A stretch of 64,000 bases of DNA, taken from contig OX597837.1 of the NCBI GenBank assembly GCA_951406725.2, forward strand, positions 16,244,001 through 16,308,000, read 5' to 3'. Below are positions 11,473 to 25,695 of this stretch, in pieces. Origin of the DNA: Octopus vulgaris (Eukaryota). The notes under the pieces were generated by a model. The model made no database searches, had not been told where the DNA came from, and was given only the letters and a program-made list of their open reading frames with translations. The translations under genes and the position numbers were made by a program. Each line of letters starts with the position of its first letter. The stretch's first letter is position 1.

Positions 11473-14400
11473 TGATGATGATGATCTCAGATCCTTGTTG
11501 TGACTTGACAAACAGTACACCCACCCTCAGTAGACAACAACCTCATGATATTGTATACTGTGCGGCGTCTATAATAATAATTCATAAAGATTGATGTAAC
11601 TCTTCCTGAAGACAGACAATAAGAAGAGTGCAATACAATTTGTAAATAGATTGTTGAACAGTTTGAATGAAATTCCAACAGATCACTGAAAGAGAGAGAA
11701 AGCAGCTCAGTACATAGACTGGTCAAGATGCTGCACTTGCAACCTCCCTCAGAGAAACAATTGGGGGCAACAGAAGCCACCACAAGTTTCCCCAGAATGC
11801 TGAGGTTACCACCCTTTGATCATAAAATGCAAGCCAACTGACCTGATCTCATTGCAAAAAATCCTGTTAAAAAGACTTCTGATTGACATTGCTGCTCCAG
11901 CTGAGAAAAACACATCTCTGAAGAATGTTTGAATAAACTAAGCAAATATATATATACAAGAAACTCACAGCAAGGCAAGTGCACAGCAGGAGAGCTCTTC
12001 AAAGGGACAACTCCCATCCAACAAGTGTTTCAGCCCTTATACCTCACACACTATAGGGGCCGGCTTCACCCAAATCATGACTCCTAGGTGTCCTCCTGCT
12101 GCTTTCCAAAATCCTGTCTCCAGCAGGATTTGAACCTGGGTCATTCCTTTGTTCCCAAGTCTGTGTTTCAACCCACCAGGCCACTCTAACTGATGAAGGG
12201 ACCAGTTCTCTTCTTCCTTCTATTCCTGTAAATAACCAACAAGATCCATAACTAGGTCCATTGGTCATTTCTCTTCATCCATATCCACATTGAGCTCTTT
12301 TCAACAACATCAGACAGGCATTTAATCACGGTAGTTCTTCTGCAGCCTTTGATGCCCAGCTGCCTGAGTAGCCGACAAGTTGATGCAGTCACAAATTCAC
12401 GTGATCCAACTTCAACTGGCTTCACAGTACATTGGTAACCCTCAATCCCTAGCTGCTTTGCCAGTTCACCATATTTTCTCATCTCAAAGATGTGTTGCTC
12501 TTCTATGTGGCTCTTGTATGGTACTGACAATTCAATAAGAATCACTTTGGTACCCTGTTCAGACCATAAGACGATGTCTGGTTGCAAGCCATTCTTGGTG
12601 ACAAACTCTGGGTAGTTCTTGTGCTTCTCACTGATATCTGCAGCTATTTCCCAGGAATCTCATGTCCAAGTAGTCTCCCTCCTGCCACAATTTCATATCC
12701 AGTTATCTTCTTCACTCTGGTCCACTCCTTTCCTTCTTTGGTTACAAAGGACACATTGGATTTGGTTGTGTCCCACTGCATTTGGTTCCAGATTGAAGTG
12801 GTCAATTCTTCCAGCAATTTGTTGTGCTTCCATGTGTATCTGCCATCAGAAAGAGCAGACTTGCAGGAACTCAGGACAGGGTCCATTGACTGGGGTTTGC
12901 TTGTCCTTGCACAGGGGTCATATTGACATGTTTTCCATACCCCACTTTACAAAGTTGGTGCTTGATGAAGGTCATAAGTTGCTCTTATTATGAAACTCAA
13001 TCTGAGTGGTGCCATGTGCCACACATCATTCCATGTAAGAGATTTCTGCATTGCAGCATCCCAGGTTGTCCATCACCCCCACTGAGACTGCTGTTTCTTT
13101 CCTCTTCACTCCTAACCTCCTGAATCGCAAGATCCCTTTGGACTTTGCCGCTTTTAACCACCATTGCACCTTGGTATTGCCCAATCCTTGCCTTCCTCTC
13201 TCAGTGACACCCATCATCTCTTTTGGTCTTCAGATTCTTTTCAGCATCATCAGTTGCATCCATGACTTGACACTTCATTCCTGTCTTTAGGCTTGGCTGT
13301 ACCCATCTAACCATCTAACCATCTTTGGGGTCTTTCAGCATAAACTGCAGTTTTGTTTTCCCCGCCTTATACTCTTTGACTAAGGACTTGAGAGACAGTC
13401 TCAGTTTTGCCCTCTTGCAAGAAAGAGCAACCCCAGTCAGACTGGGGGTGGAGGGTACACCGAGCCATTTTCTTGTGTACCTATTTATTTTTGTCTCCAT
13501 TGCTTCCACTGCCAAAGTTGCCATTTCATACAATATTAGGGGTCATAGGGGCCATAGATATCAGCATATGCTGAAGACACCTTGTATTTGAATGCTTGTC
13601 AACCTTGAGTAGATCCTCCTCTACTGTCTTGGCCGTTTCCTTGGAGTCTTTCAGGGTCTTGTCGTACCATCTGCCAAGACTTTTCACTGGCTGCTCCAAT
13701 ACAGTGGGAATCTTGTGGACACCAACTTTGAAGCTAATATCTTCCTTCATTTTCCCTTTCCTTAAGGAGAGGCTCCTAGATTTCTTCAGTTTGAAAGCCA
13801 TTCTGCACCAGACCATCAGCTAGTCCAGTTGGTTGAGAAGATTCCAGAATTCTGACTCTCTTGATGCAAGGATAGTAGTGTCATCCAAGGAGGCTTTCAG
13901 GGCTGTCATCTTGCATCCACCACCAAGGGCTGCTGCACTTTCTTTGTTTTCTACTGCTCTCAGAAGTTCCAGCATCATCATCATGAAGAGTATTGGTGAC
14001 ACTGCACAACCCATCGCAATTCCAACCCCCCAATCTAGCCCAGGCAGTTGTGCATCTCTTGGTGATAAAAAGAATTGGAAATTGAAATAAGAAAAAACAA
14101 CATTACCTCTTGTTATTACTAAAGGCACAAGGCGTGAAATTTTGGGGGAAGGGACCAGTCGATTTCAGCAAGTCCAGGGCATAACAACCCCGAAATGATG
14201 AAAGGCAAACTCAACTTAAAAAGCGGAATTTGAACTTAGAACATAAAGAGGGATGAAATGCAGCTAAACATTTTGTCTGGCAAGCTAAGGATTCTGTCAT
14301 CTTGCTGCCTTAATAGTAGTGATGACGATGATGATGATGATAACAATAATGATAACAATAATGATGATGATGATGATAATTCTTTCTTATGTAGGCACAA

Positions 14401-14791
14401 AGTCCAAAATTTTGTAGGTGTGGTCTAGTCAATTACATCAACCCCAGTACTCAACTGGTATCTATTTTATCAACCCTGAAAGGATGAAAGGTGAAACTGG
14501 CCTTAGTGGTATTTGAACTCAGAACATAAAGAACTGGAAGAAATGCTTCTAAGCATTTCATTCGACATGCTAACGCTTCTGCCAGCTCACTAGCTTGATG
14601 ATGATGATGATGATGATGATGTGATGATGTGATGAACTTCATACCTCAATATCTATCTCCTTGAGAACACCGTTATACTCCTCTGGCAGATTTTCTGGAG
14701 ACACAAATTCATGCAGAGCACTGACATTCTGTCCATGGAAATGTAACTGCAAAGAGAAACACATAGCATTAAAAACAGTGGGGGAGGGGGG

Positions 14792-14833
<42 letters not shown>

Positions 14834-14835
14834 AA

Positions 14836-14895
<60 letters not shown>

Positions 14896-15267
14896 GTGTG
14901 CATGGAGGAATCAGAGTGAGTGATGAGGATCATGGTATTCAGAAATAAAATATACATACATGCATGCATGCATGCGCACATACATACATACTTACATACA
15001 CATGGGATATATACACACACACATGCATACACACACATACATGCCCATACACATGTACACAGTCAATTAGGGTAGAAGTAAACACAATATAAGAGATACA
15101 CTCTTGTGCATACAGGCATCCGTACACAAACCTACCCATCCATACATCTATGTATACATACCCTTATGTACAATGTTAGTGTAGGGCAGTTCTTGACAGT
15201 AAGGCAAACACAATATAAGTGATACATACACACAAAATAATACACATACACACACACATATTTATAT

Positions 15268-15328
<61 letters not shown>

Positions 15329-18300
15329 AGAAGGAAAGAAAGGATTAAAATATCCAGACAGATATCAATAAATGAATCTGGTTCCCTCTCTCCAACAATC
15401 AGACTCGAATCAATGCAAGTGGAGTAAAGAGCCCAGGTAATTCCTCATTTATGACAAGTAGATCCAAATAGCATTTAGAAGAATTTTGAGGAATTCAGAG
15501 TATTAGATAAGGAAAGTACGGATAGAGAAAATCACATCTTTAATTGTAGAATTCACCTTACAAAGCTGACAATTGTTTCTATTGTATTAACATATTCAGA
15601 TATAGAAAATATTCAGATTAATACATCCAAAAATACATATTAACATAACATTTTGAAGGCGATCCAAAATTAATTAAATTCAAAATGAACTAAGAAAATA
15701 TTTCTTGTACACAAAGGCATACAAAAAAGAACGTTAAGAAGAAATACAATATTCTAAGAAAAGGTATTTTAGTATTCAACTTTTGGTCATGGATAATGAA
15801 AGAATAAAAAATAAACATAAGAATTCTATGTCACAACAATTAGAAACATAGAGATTCTATAACATGTCAATTAGTTATCTATTTATTAAATTTGCTAAAT
15901 ATTTTTTAGAAAAATTATGCTTATATGAAAGGCAATTATAATTAAGAATTGAAATTTTTAAATACCTTCTGAAATTTGCAACAACATTTCATTGAAAAAT
16001 TCCCATTAAAATTTAATAAAATTAATTCAGATGTAATTATATAATACATTTCTTCAAGGCAATGATCACATGTAGAATTGCCAATATTGTCCTTTAGAAA
16101 ATCAGTGTTTAAGGAAAAATAAAGTCTATCAATGTAAGGTAATAACAGAGGATCATAAGTATCATTACCTAGGTTCATCTGCTACAGTTTGGAAATCTAG
16201 ATTTTATAATCATTCTCATTCATTTAAGTATAAAAGAAAAGGTAATTCTACAAATCTTAGTAAATGCATTTGGGATTTAAAGGATAGGAACAAAATATTA
16301 TTTAAAGTGGTCCATTATTAGTTTTGCACCATCATACTACACTCTCAGAGTGGTTGGCATTAGGAAGGGCATCCAGCTGTAGAAACACTGCCAGATCAAG
16401 ATTGGAGTCTGGTGCAGCCATCTGGCTCGCCAGCCCTCAGTCAAAATCATCCAACCCATACTAGCATGGAAAGCAGACGTTAAACGATGATGATATAATA
16501 TTGGCAATTTTCCGTGTGAGCCTTGAATCTACGTTAGAAACTGGCTCTTTATCCATTGACAAGGATTCTAGCTATAAAACTGAAGAATAACTTTCAACTA
16601 GCAATAACCATGTTTTGAATAACACTTTGTTATGGTACCACCTCTGCACAAAGCATGGGTGCTAATAACTGCATGCATGTGCACATACATGCAGAATGTA
16701 TTTTCCAGTAAACAAATCAGTGGAGTAAATAGTGTAAACATTCTAACAGCACCATTATCTTTCCAAATCCTGTTGAATTTCACATGGAATTCTTGGTTCT
16801 TCAAAAATTGTCATGGTGTACAAATCGGCCGTTTTGGCTGCAAAATCCAAACTCCATGCTGGAAAATATGGTAGGAACATGTAAACCTACTTAGTTATCA
16901 TCACTCACAGCAAGTTTGACTTTGTAGGCTGTAGCATGCTTTTGCTAATTGTTTTAGATGTAGGGACAACCATATGTAGACATCTTCTCAGCCCTCCTGC
17001 ACTTAACTCAGTAGAACAGTCAGGATGTGATGGCTAGAGAAAGAGACAAACGCACCTAGGAGTCAGCCAGAACACATTTTCAGATATATAAACAGGAACT
17101 TGTCCTGGGTATGACACTGAACTGCATCCAGTGGGGGCGGGGATGCTCCAGTTGGGTAGTTCTGGAGTTGGTGGGAGCATGATGTCACCCCTTAATTACT
17201 ATTACTCCCAGGTCCATTCTGACCTGGAAAGTAGTACCTGTCAGGGACCCATCTATAGGTTGTATAGAAAGAGCGAGCTCCTTAGCTGTGTTGAAAGCAG
17301 TCAATTTCGGAGAAGGAAAACTCCAAAACGAAGACCCTCTTCCAATATGTCCTAAGCCAGCAATGGAAGTGTATGGCTGATGAAACTAACATGAGGGGAA
17401 TGTCCAATAACATAAATTCATACTATGGAGGCAATCAGTTCATGTTAGTACACATTCTGTTGCCTGCAGAAATTGAGGGAATTGGAGCAACACGAAATGA
17501 AGTGCTTTGCTGAAAGACACACGGCACCGTGGAGTCCAGGAATTGAATCTAAAACTGTATAATTACGAGGCCAACACACTAATAATTAGGATGTATGCTT
17601 ACACACACACACACACACTCTCTTTCTTGCTTTGACATACTGGTTTAGAATGAGAGTTCCTGACAGTAGGAGACACACAATAGCCATGATATACACAACA
17701 CCTGTACATATATATTTACACACAAACGCATGCTCATACTCTCACAGTATTTAGTTATCTTTGTGATGCATTTCTTACCCTTTTGACGATCTTCTCCTTG
17801 AGAAAAGGGCGAACAATGGAGAACAGAATATCAAACATGCTTGGTTCATGGATATAATGTATGCCCTTCAGACGTAATGGGAAGCACTCCTGCAAATAAG
17901 TAGTAGTAGTAGTAGTCGTAAAGATTAACGAGTTTAATTACACATTTACATACTATGTATTATATAGCTATACACACACACACACACATATATATATAAA
18001 TGGAACAAAAAGGCAATAGAGTGCATTGAAACATTTGGACAGATCGACAATACAAAGGCAAACATGAGAAACAACAATCAGAAGGACAGGCAAAAAAACA
18101 ATGGTCATTCTTGGCTTTCTTTCACTGATCAAGTCCCAGGAGTCATGACCATTTCGGGCAGTTACACTTGAGATGGTTCGATCAAGTTGCCCCCCAAAAA
18201 GTCTAAGCTAAGAGCATTAGACCCCTTTGTAAGGAAGCTATCGAATGTGTATGGCTTTAAAGGCAAAAAAACAAATAAACAAAAAGAACAGAGAAAATGG

Positions 18301-18623
18301 TACACAATTATGAATGCAAACAACAAGAAATAACAACAGGTGTCTTTCGACTGAGAACGAATCAAATTGAGTTGGTGTGTATGAAGTGAAAGCCTAAAGG
18401 CAGGAAGATGGGAGACGGACACAAGAGGTGTTGATGGTCGGCAATCAGGCCAAGAAAGAAAGATCATAGCTGGGTGGACACTGGTCACGTGGAAGGAAGA
18501 GAGATGGGTAGGGGGTGCAAGAAAAAGGAAGGAAAATGAGAGGGGGAATAAAAGATAGAGTAAGAGCCATGCAAAATTTAGATACATGCTTTCTATAAGG
18601 TAAGCACAAGGGTGTATATACGC

Positions 18624-18672
<49 letters not shown>

Positions 18673-18817
18673 AATGGAACAAAAATGCAATAGAGTGCAT
18701 TAAAACATTCAGACAGATAGATGATACAAAGGCGGAGAAGAGAAACAACAATTAGAAGGACAAGTAAAAAAAGACAGGTTATTCTTGGCTTTCTCTCATC
18801 AGTCAAGTCCCATGTAT

Positions 18818-18856
<39 letters not shown>

Positions 18857-20379
18857 CTAGCAGCAGCTAAGCCTGGTTTTCCCCGGTCTGCTTGGATGAT
18901 GTGGCTGTGATCATTTTTGGTCAGGCACAATCTATAACAGCGTTTCTCAACCTTATTATTTCGGGTCCTCTTTTTCGATTGGAGACTCCATCTGTATGAA
19001 AATTTCCTGACTCCCACCTTGTCAGAAAACAGCTTCAGGAGTCATGAAGAACGAATTTGTACACAGTCTGTTTCTGAGAGTTATTCTATTGGACCTCTGT
19101 TTAATCATTAAAACATTAGGCAATCTTTCAATATGGGAACACATGACTGTCACTTACAAACCACGTGTGTTTATTTACATTTCTTAATATGGGATTGGGT
19201 GGAAAGGGGATCTTTTGAAGTCAGCATGAAAGCGAAAGTGACAGAGAGAGCGCGATTGTATAAGTGAAGTTCTTTTGAAGTTGGTGTGAAGTGGAAGAAT
19301 TGATGTGCATGTGTGTGTGTGTATGTGTGTGAGAGAGAGAGCGAGGGACAAAGAGAGAGAGAGAGAGAGATAACTAAAATTTTTTATTCACTTTTTGTAG
19401 TGAGTGAATGATAGAGAAAAAGTGAGAGAGAGAGGTTATGTATGTATGTATGTATGTATGAATGGCTTCAGTCACATACACACGCAGGTTGTTATGTATG
19501 TATGTATACATACATAGATGTATGTATGTATACATAGATGTATGTATCTATGTATGGCCAAGAGAGAGTTAACTGAAATTTTTCAATTCACTTTTGTAGT
19601 GAGTGAATGTGTGAGTGACTGACAGAGAAAAGGAGAGAGAGGTTATGTAATGTATGTATGGATAGCTTTGGCTGACTGTCATCCTGTACTCCCCTTGTTG
19701 CTAGCAAAATGGTAGATGCCGGCTGTGTGAGCAACTGGTTGTTTTAATGGCAGGGGAATTCCATTAGAAAAAGTTTTAACCAATTTTCTCGGTAACTATG
19801 GGGGCTAGGAAAAAAATACCAACCGCATTCCAATTTATGCACCCGTCTCCACATGTGTGCCATTTTTCATGCAAATCCACCCAGCCATTTGGCTGTGAAT
19901 CTCAAGACAAGAAAGAATGCAACAATCGCCCATATCTAATTTATATTATAGAAATATATATATAATCATCATCATTGTCATCGTGTAACGTCCACTTGCC
20001 ATGCTGGCATGGGTGGGACGGTTTGACAAGAGCTGGCCAGGCAGAAACCTGCACCAAGCTTCTGGTTTGGGCAGGAATTTTACAGTTGGATGTCCTTCCT
20101 AACACCAATCACTCAGCAGAGTGGACTTAGACTTTTTACATGGTACAAGCACAGGGGAGGTCAGTTTTGGCAAGGTTTTTACAGCTGGGTGCCCTTCCAA
20201 ATACCAGCCACTTAACAGCATGGACTGGGTGCTTTTAAGTGACACCTGCTCTGACAGGGTCACCAAGTTCTTTCAAGACACTAAAAAAAATCTCTTTTGA
20301 GAGGGGAGGTTATAGTGAGACAGAGAGACAGAAACAGGTGTCTTGCTGTAAAGGGGTACAATATTACCTGGAGGGAGGA

Positions 20380-20426
<47 letters not shown>

Positions 20427-23058
20427 TCAGGAATGAAGACAGGAACATGTACTGCCACAAGGGAAATACATGGTTACTCTACTTGAGGGAAGTGCAGGAG
20501 AAGGAGTGAGAGAGTGGGAGGCAGCAGGATAGAGATGGTGGCAAAGTGCCAGGCATACTCACAAGAGACGGATGAGAATATAAATGGTTGAGTAAAGGAA
20601 GAGAGAAATAAGTGGTGGCAAGTGCCAGGGGATACTCTTGAGGTTCGAATGCCATAATATAAGTGGTGGGATATTGCAAAGGAAGTGTGATTAAAGAGTG
20701 CAGAGGGAGAGACTGGCAAAAACCTGGGTATATATAGAGTTGGAGGAGGGGGGTGGCTACTGGATAGCAATGATACAAAGGAGCAGGGGTATGAGACAAG
20801 GACTGGGGAGTGAGAGTTAGGCAGAGGGTATGAAGGGAGAAATGTGCGGAAAAGATGTAAAAATGTAAATTGGTTTGTTGGGGTAGGGTGAGGGGAAAGT
20901 TTTCTTGTTAGGAGCAGAGAGGTCGGAGGGTAGCAGATAGCAATGATACAGTGAGACAGGACGTGTGGGTGGAACACACAGGTCGGGGGCTAGCGGAGAG
21001 CAATGATACAAGAGGACAAGTTTGGGGACTAAGAGGTAAGCATAATGCATGAAGTGGAAATGTAAGAAAAAGAAGATATGTAGAGATGTAGTTTCATTTG
21101 CTGTGGTAGAACGTGTGAGAAGTTGTTTTTGGTATGTGTGGGTGGGGGACACAGTGCTTCTAGAACTCAGTTTCACTAATGTGGGTGGGTCTTCTCAAGA
21201 ACTTCATATCACCAGACATCTTGGTCCATTGATCCAATATCCTGAGATCAGTCTTTACCACTTCATCCCACGTCTCCCTGGGTCTCTCTCTTCTGTGGGT
21301 TCCATCCACTTTCAGTGATCAGCACTTCTTCATGCAACTCTCCTCATCCATACGCATCACATGTCCAAGCCAATGTAGTCTTCTCTCTTGCATGCTACAT
21401 TTGATTCCTCTTCTGCCCAAATTTTCTCTCAATACATTTGCATTGATGAAATAAGAGAAGTAAAGAAAGAAAGTAGCTGTTCAGCCCATGTTGCAAACCA
21501 ACAGTCAACCAATGGAACAAACCTCGATTCTCCCTCTTCTTTATCTTGTCTGATCATTTTTTATACATTCTCACCACCACTGTGATTCCATGATCTTCAA
21601 AATGATGTTGAGATTACACTGTAACCTTAAACACAATCTCTCTTGATAGCCATGCACCAGGCAAAGAGCTTTGTCCCTCTTTTCATATATATTATCAGTA
21701 AAATGAAACGTGGAGTAATGATCCAAAAAGAATCAGTTTCTAATGAAATACACAACCGCTGTTCTCTATAATGAGTGACTTTTTTTCTTCATTTGTACCA
21801 TGCAGAACCATCAGCCCCGTGTTAACATGGAATACAGACGTAGAAAGGTGTTGATGATGACGATGACATTTCTAACATAAGCACAAAGTTTGACATTTCA
21901 GAGCAGTGTTTCTCAACCTTTTTACCCTTAAATAAATTACATGTCTCAAGGAACCCTTGCACAAAAAAATTGTATACCATATCTTTCTCATACTTTTTTC
22001 ATCATAGTTCATCTGGTAAATGTCATATATATATATATATATATACTAGCAGTATCGCCCGGCGTTGCTCGGGTTTGTTTCGACCCTTTAGAATTGGAAT
22101 TTTTGAAAAGTAAAAATTTTGCATTATGTAGCTTGTTATTCTCTTTAAGCGAACATTTTTCTGGTTGAAATACACCGAAAAATGGCAACACAGCAGTCAA
22201 AAACTCGTAAAATATACGAATTTTCATAGAAAAAAGGCACCTTTTTGATGTAAATAATTTTTGGTGTTAACATGGTCTGATTCGAATTTTTTCTTTTACA
22301 GAAGGAAGAGCAAGCCTTCTATCATACTCTCAATTTTGGTCAACTTGCGCCACAGGGTCTCGGAGGAGATAGTGTTAGTTGAAAGCTACCAAACCTGCCA
22401 TACACAGACAACTTCAGCTTTATATATATATATATATATATATATAATGATCATGAAATTAGCATTAGCTTATCTCACTCTTTCTTGCGGAACCCCTAGG
22501 AACTTTTTGCAGAACCCCAGTTGAGAAACATTGTTTTAGAAATTAGTCAATGAAATGAAACCCAGTGCTTCAGCGATCCTATGTTTTATGAATCCTGAAG
22601 GGATGAGGATAGGTGACGTTGACTTTCAGTGCAGGTTCAACCTGGAATGTAAAAAGCAGGAGCAAATGTTACAATGACGATAAGGAGGTGGGAAAAGAGG
22701 GGGATAGGGAGAGGAAGGGAAGGAGAGGAGGAGATGAGGGAGGGGCAGAAAGTGGCGGTGGGGAAGGGGAAGCAGGAGAGGAGGGTGAGAGGGAGGAGGA
22801 GGAGGAAGAAGAGGCTACAAAGCTGATATACATTACTTGTATCATTGAAGTGACTTTCTTGGCATAAAACGGACTCAGAGCCCTCACTTGGACCCAACCC
22901 ACATCCTTTAGGTCCATTATTGTTATGATACCATTCACTTGGGTTTCTTCATCCTGAAACAGACAGAGTGTGAAAGTCAGGATGAGGGCGGTGATGTTGG
23001 AGGACATGCAGTAGTAGTAGTAGTAGTAGTAGCAGTAGTAGTAGTAGTAGTAGTAGCT

Positions 23059-23106
<48 letters not shown>

Positions 23107-25653
23107 ATGTTGTTGGTGGTCTGGGTGAGGATAGTTGTGATTGTGGTGTGGTGTTGGAGGTGGTAGTAGAAGTGGTGGTGGTGGAAAACATGTGCAGCAG
23201 CAGTAGTAGTAGTAGTAGTAGTATGAGCAGGTGTGGTGGTGGTGGTGGTGGTGGTGGTGGTGGTGGTGATGACTGAAGGTGATGTTAGTAGTAGTGCTTG
23301 TGGTGGCAGTGTGGTTGTCATGTTTATGTTGCTGGTGATGTAGTGATGTTCATTGTAGTGATGGTAGTGAAAGTCCTGATAGTGGCAGTAGTAGTGGTGG
23401 TGGTGGTGGTAGTGATGGTGGTGGTTGTAGTACCGTTGGTACTTAGCTCAAAATTAGCTCTGATTGAACAAGAATGAGCAGCATGTTCCAGTAGTGACCT
23501 TCCCATCTTATTCCATGACACAGTATACCTAAGACTACATTATTCAATGTGGCCTTCTCTGGCAGTAGGAATGATGGTAGTGGTATCATTGTTAGTTGTG
23601 GTAGTAGCAGTTGTAGCAGTAAGGGAAGATGTGATGATGGTGGTGGTTAGTTGTAGATGGTTGTCATAGTGATGTCGTTTTTGGTGAAGGGAGGGGGTGG
23701 AGGCAGCAGCAGTGGTAGAAATGAAAGCAGTATTAAGGGTGGTACATACACATGAACCCACATACAGCCAACAAGAATGCTACTGTAGTTGGCCAACTTA
23801 CAAGAAGCACCAGTCACTCACACCCTACTCTCTGATCTAACAAATAAAAAGTAATAATAATAATAATAATAATAAAACAGGCACGTTGGATAATGGAATC
23901 CTAAACAATGTCTGCAAAACAATAAGAAGTGAAGGTCAGGAATGGAAAGCTTTTTTCGATCATAAATCGACTTCATCCAAGCATGACCTGTAGCTAAACA
24001 GTAACCCCACATATCTCTTTAAGAAGCCATTTACTGATTTTATAATAGGGACCAAATGCTGAAAAACCCTACATTTAAGAAAAGCCTCCCACATTTGCAT
24101 TTAAATATGGGATAGTAAAGTATACAAAGAACCTAAACATCCATTGTAATTCTTGAGAGCTTTGAGATACAGATGTTGTCTCTTCGTGAATTCTAAAACA
24201 TTTTGGATGAGGACATCATTCTTCAGAACTTCAGAAATTAACAGATATTATATTTACATTTATTTTTGTATGAGATTGCATAATTTATTCAGCAGCTTTA
24301 ACCCTTTAGCATTTAAGCTGGCCACATCAGGCCCAAATATTCTATTCATTTTATGTTCAAACCAACCAGATCTAACCTTTTGCACCTACCCTACAATGTC
24401 ATTCTAAAGATATACAACCACATCATTGAAATCTTGAAGCTAAGAAATGGTAAAAAATGATTAATTCAAAACAATGTGGATAAATATGCATTTCTTTTGA
24501 CAGAGTAATCTAAAAAGGTTTAAGAAATTTGAAAATTTGGTATCATTCCCTGATTGTGTTTCACCAGAAACAAGAGTTACCCAAATGTGAATAAGTGGCT
24601 CGAATCCTTAACTTAAAATTCTTACCTCATTGAAGAGGATTTGTTGGAATATGAAATTCCTCTGGTCTACCAATCCCATCCATTTTGATTTAGAGATTGA
24701 TAACTTTTAAACTGATTAAACGGCTGTAATTAGGAAAATTCCAGATATATATTCCTTCAAAGTTAATGTTAATTAATGGCAGTCTCTCATAATCCAAGAG
24801 CATGATGCTTCTGCAATTTCTTGCTGAACGACCTACACAAATGGATTGCTTATCGTGACCCAATATTTGTGCCATGCATCTGCTCATTCCCTCCATACAA
24901 CCGACATTACCTGAACAGGTGCAAGTGTACCAAAGTGCATCAGGTGTCGAAGTGATCACAGAGCTACGTAAGATGAAGTGTTTTGTCTCAAGAACACAAA
25001 GTACTGCCAGGTCCAGGAATCAAACTCACAATCTGTTGATCGTGAGTCCAACACCTTATTGACTAGGCCACATTTCTCCTATAATCCTTAAACTGATTCA
25101 AGAGACCTACTGCCAGCAGCCATACCTGGCATGGTTCCAGAACAAGATGTTGCACACACAACTGACATTTTTCATATAATAGGTATAAGCATAGAATACA
25201 TAATAAAAAATTTCAAGATAATACATGGAATCACATAAACACTTACTTCAATCAATTTTGAAAGGATGACAAACCAAGTTTTGTACATATCAAAAAGTGG
25301 GAATGTCTCTGGGTTCCATCTGCCTGCAACAGATGAAAAATATCTCTCACTTGTATATACACATTAAGTAACTTTGAAACTAACAAGGATTGACAGGTTT
25401 CTCTGTTTGCATAAACCAACCATATTCATTATATTGAGTGCTATGCACTTTGACACACACCTCAGTGTGTGTGTGTCTATATAAACATATATGTATGTTG
25501 ACGTGTATGTGCGTGTGTATCTAAAAAACATGAAAGAATAAACATGGGTTGTAAACTTGGAATTCCTTTATCACATCTGTTAAACATGTTTTGGGATTCA
25601 GTAATTAGATGATGCCACACCATCAGTGCAGTACATAAATATGTGTGTGTATG

Positions 25654-25695
<42 letters not shown>

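Noticed and set aside
22939-23761. Mucin-like Thr-rich ORFs
   Set aside because: (GTA)/(GTG) microsatellite decay inside intron 3. Exons 3 and 4 already join in frame without them.
24100-24250. Minus-strand open stretch [32 protein letters not shown]
   Set aside because: No start or splice signals that fit, and no family match; not needed for the CRAL-TRIO model.
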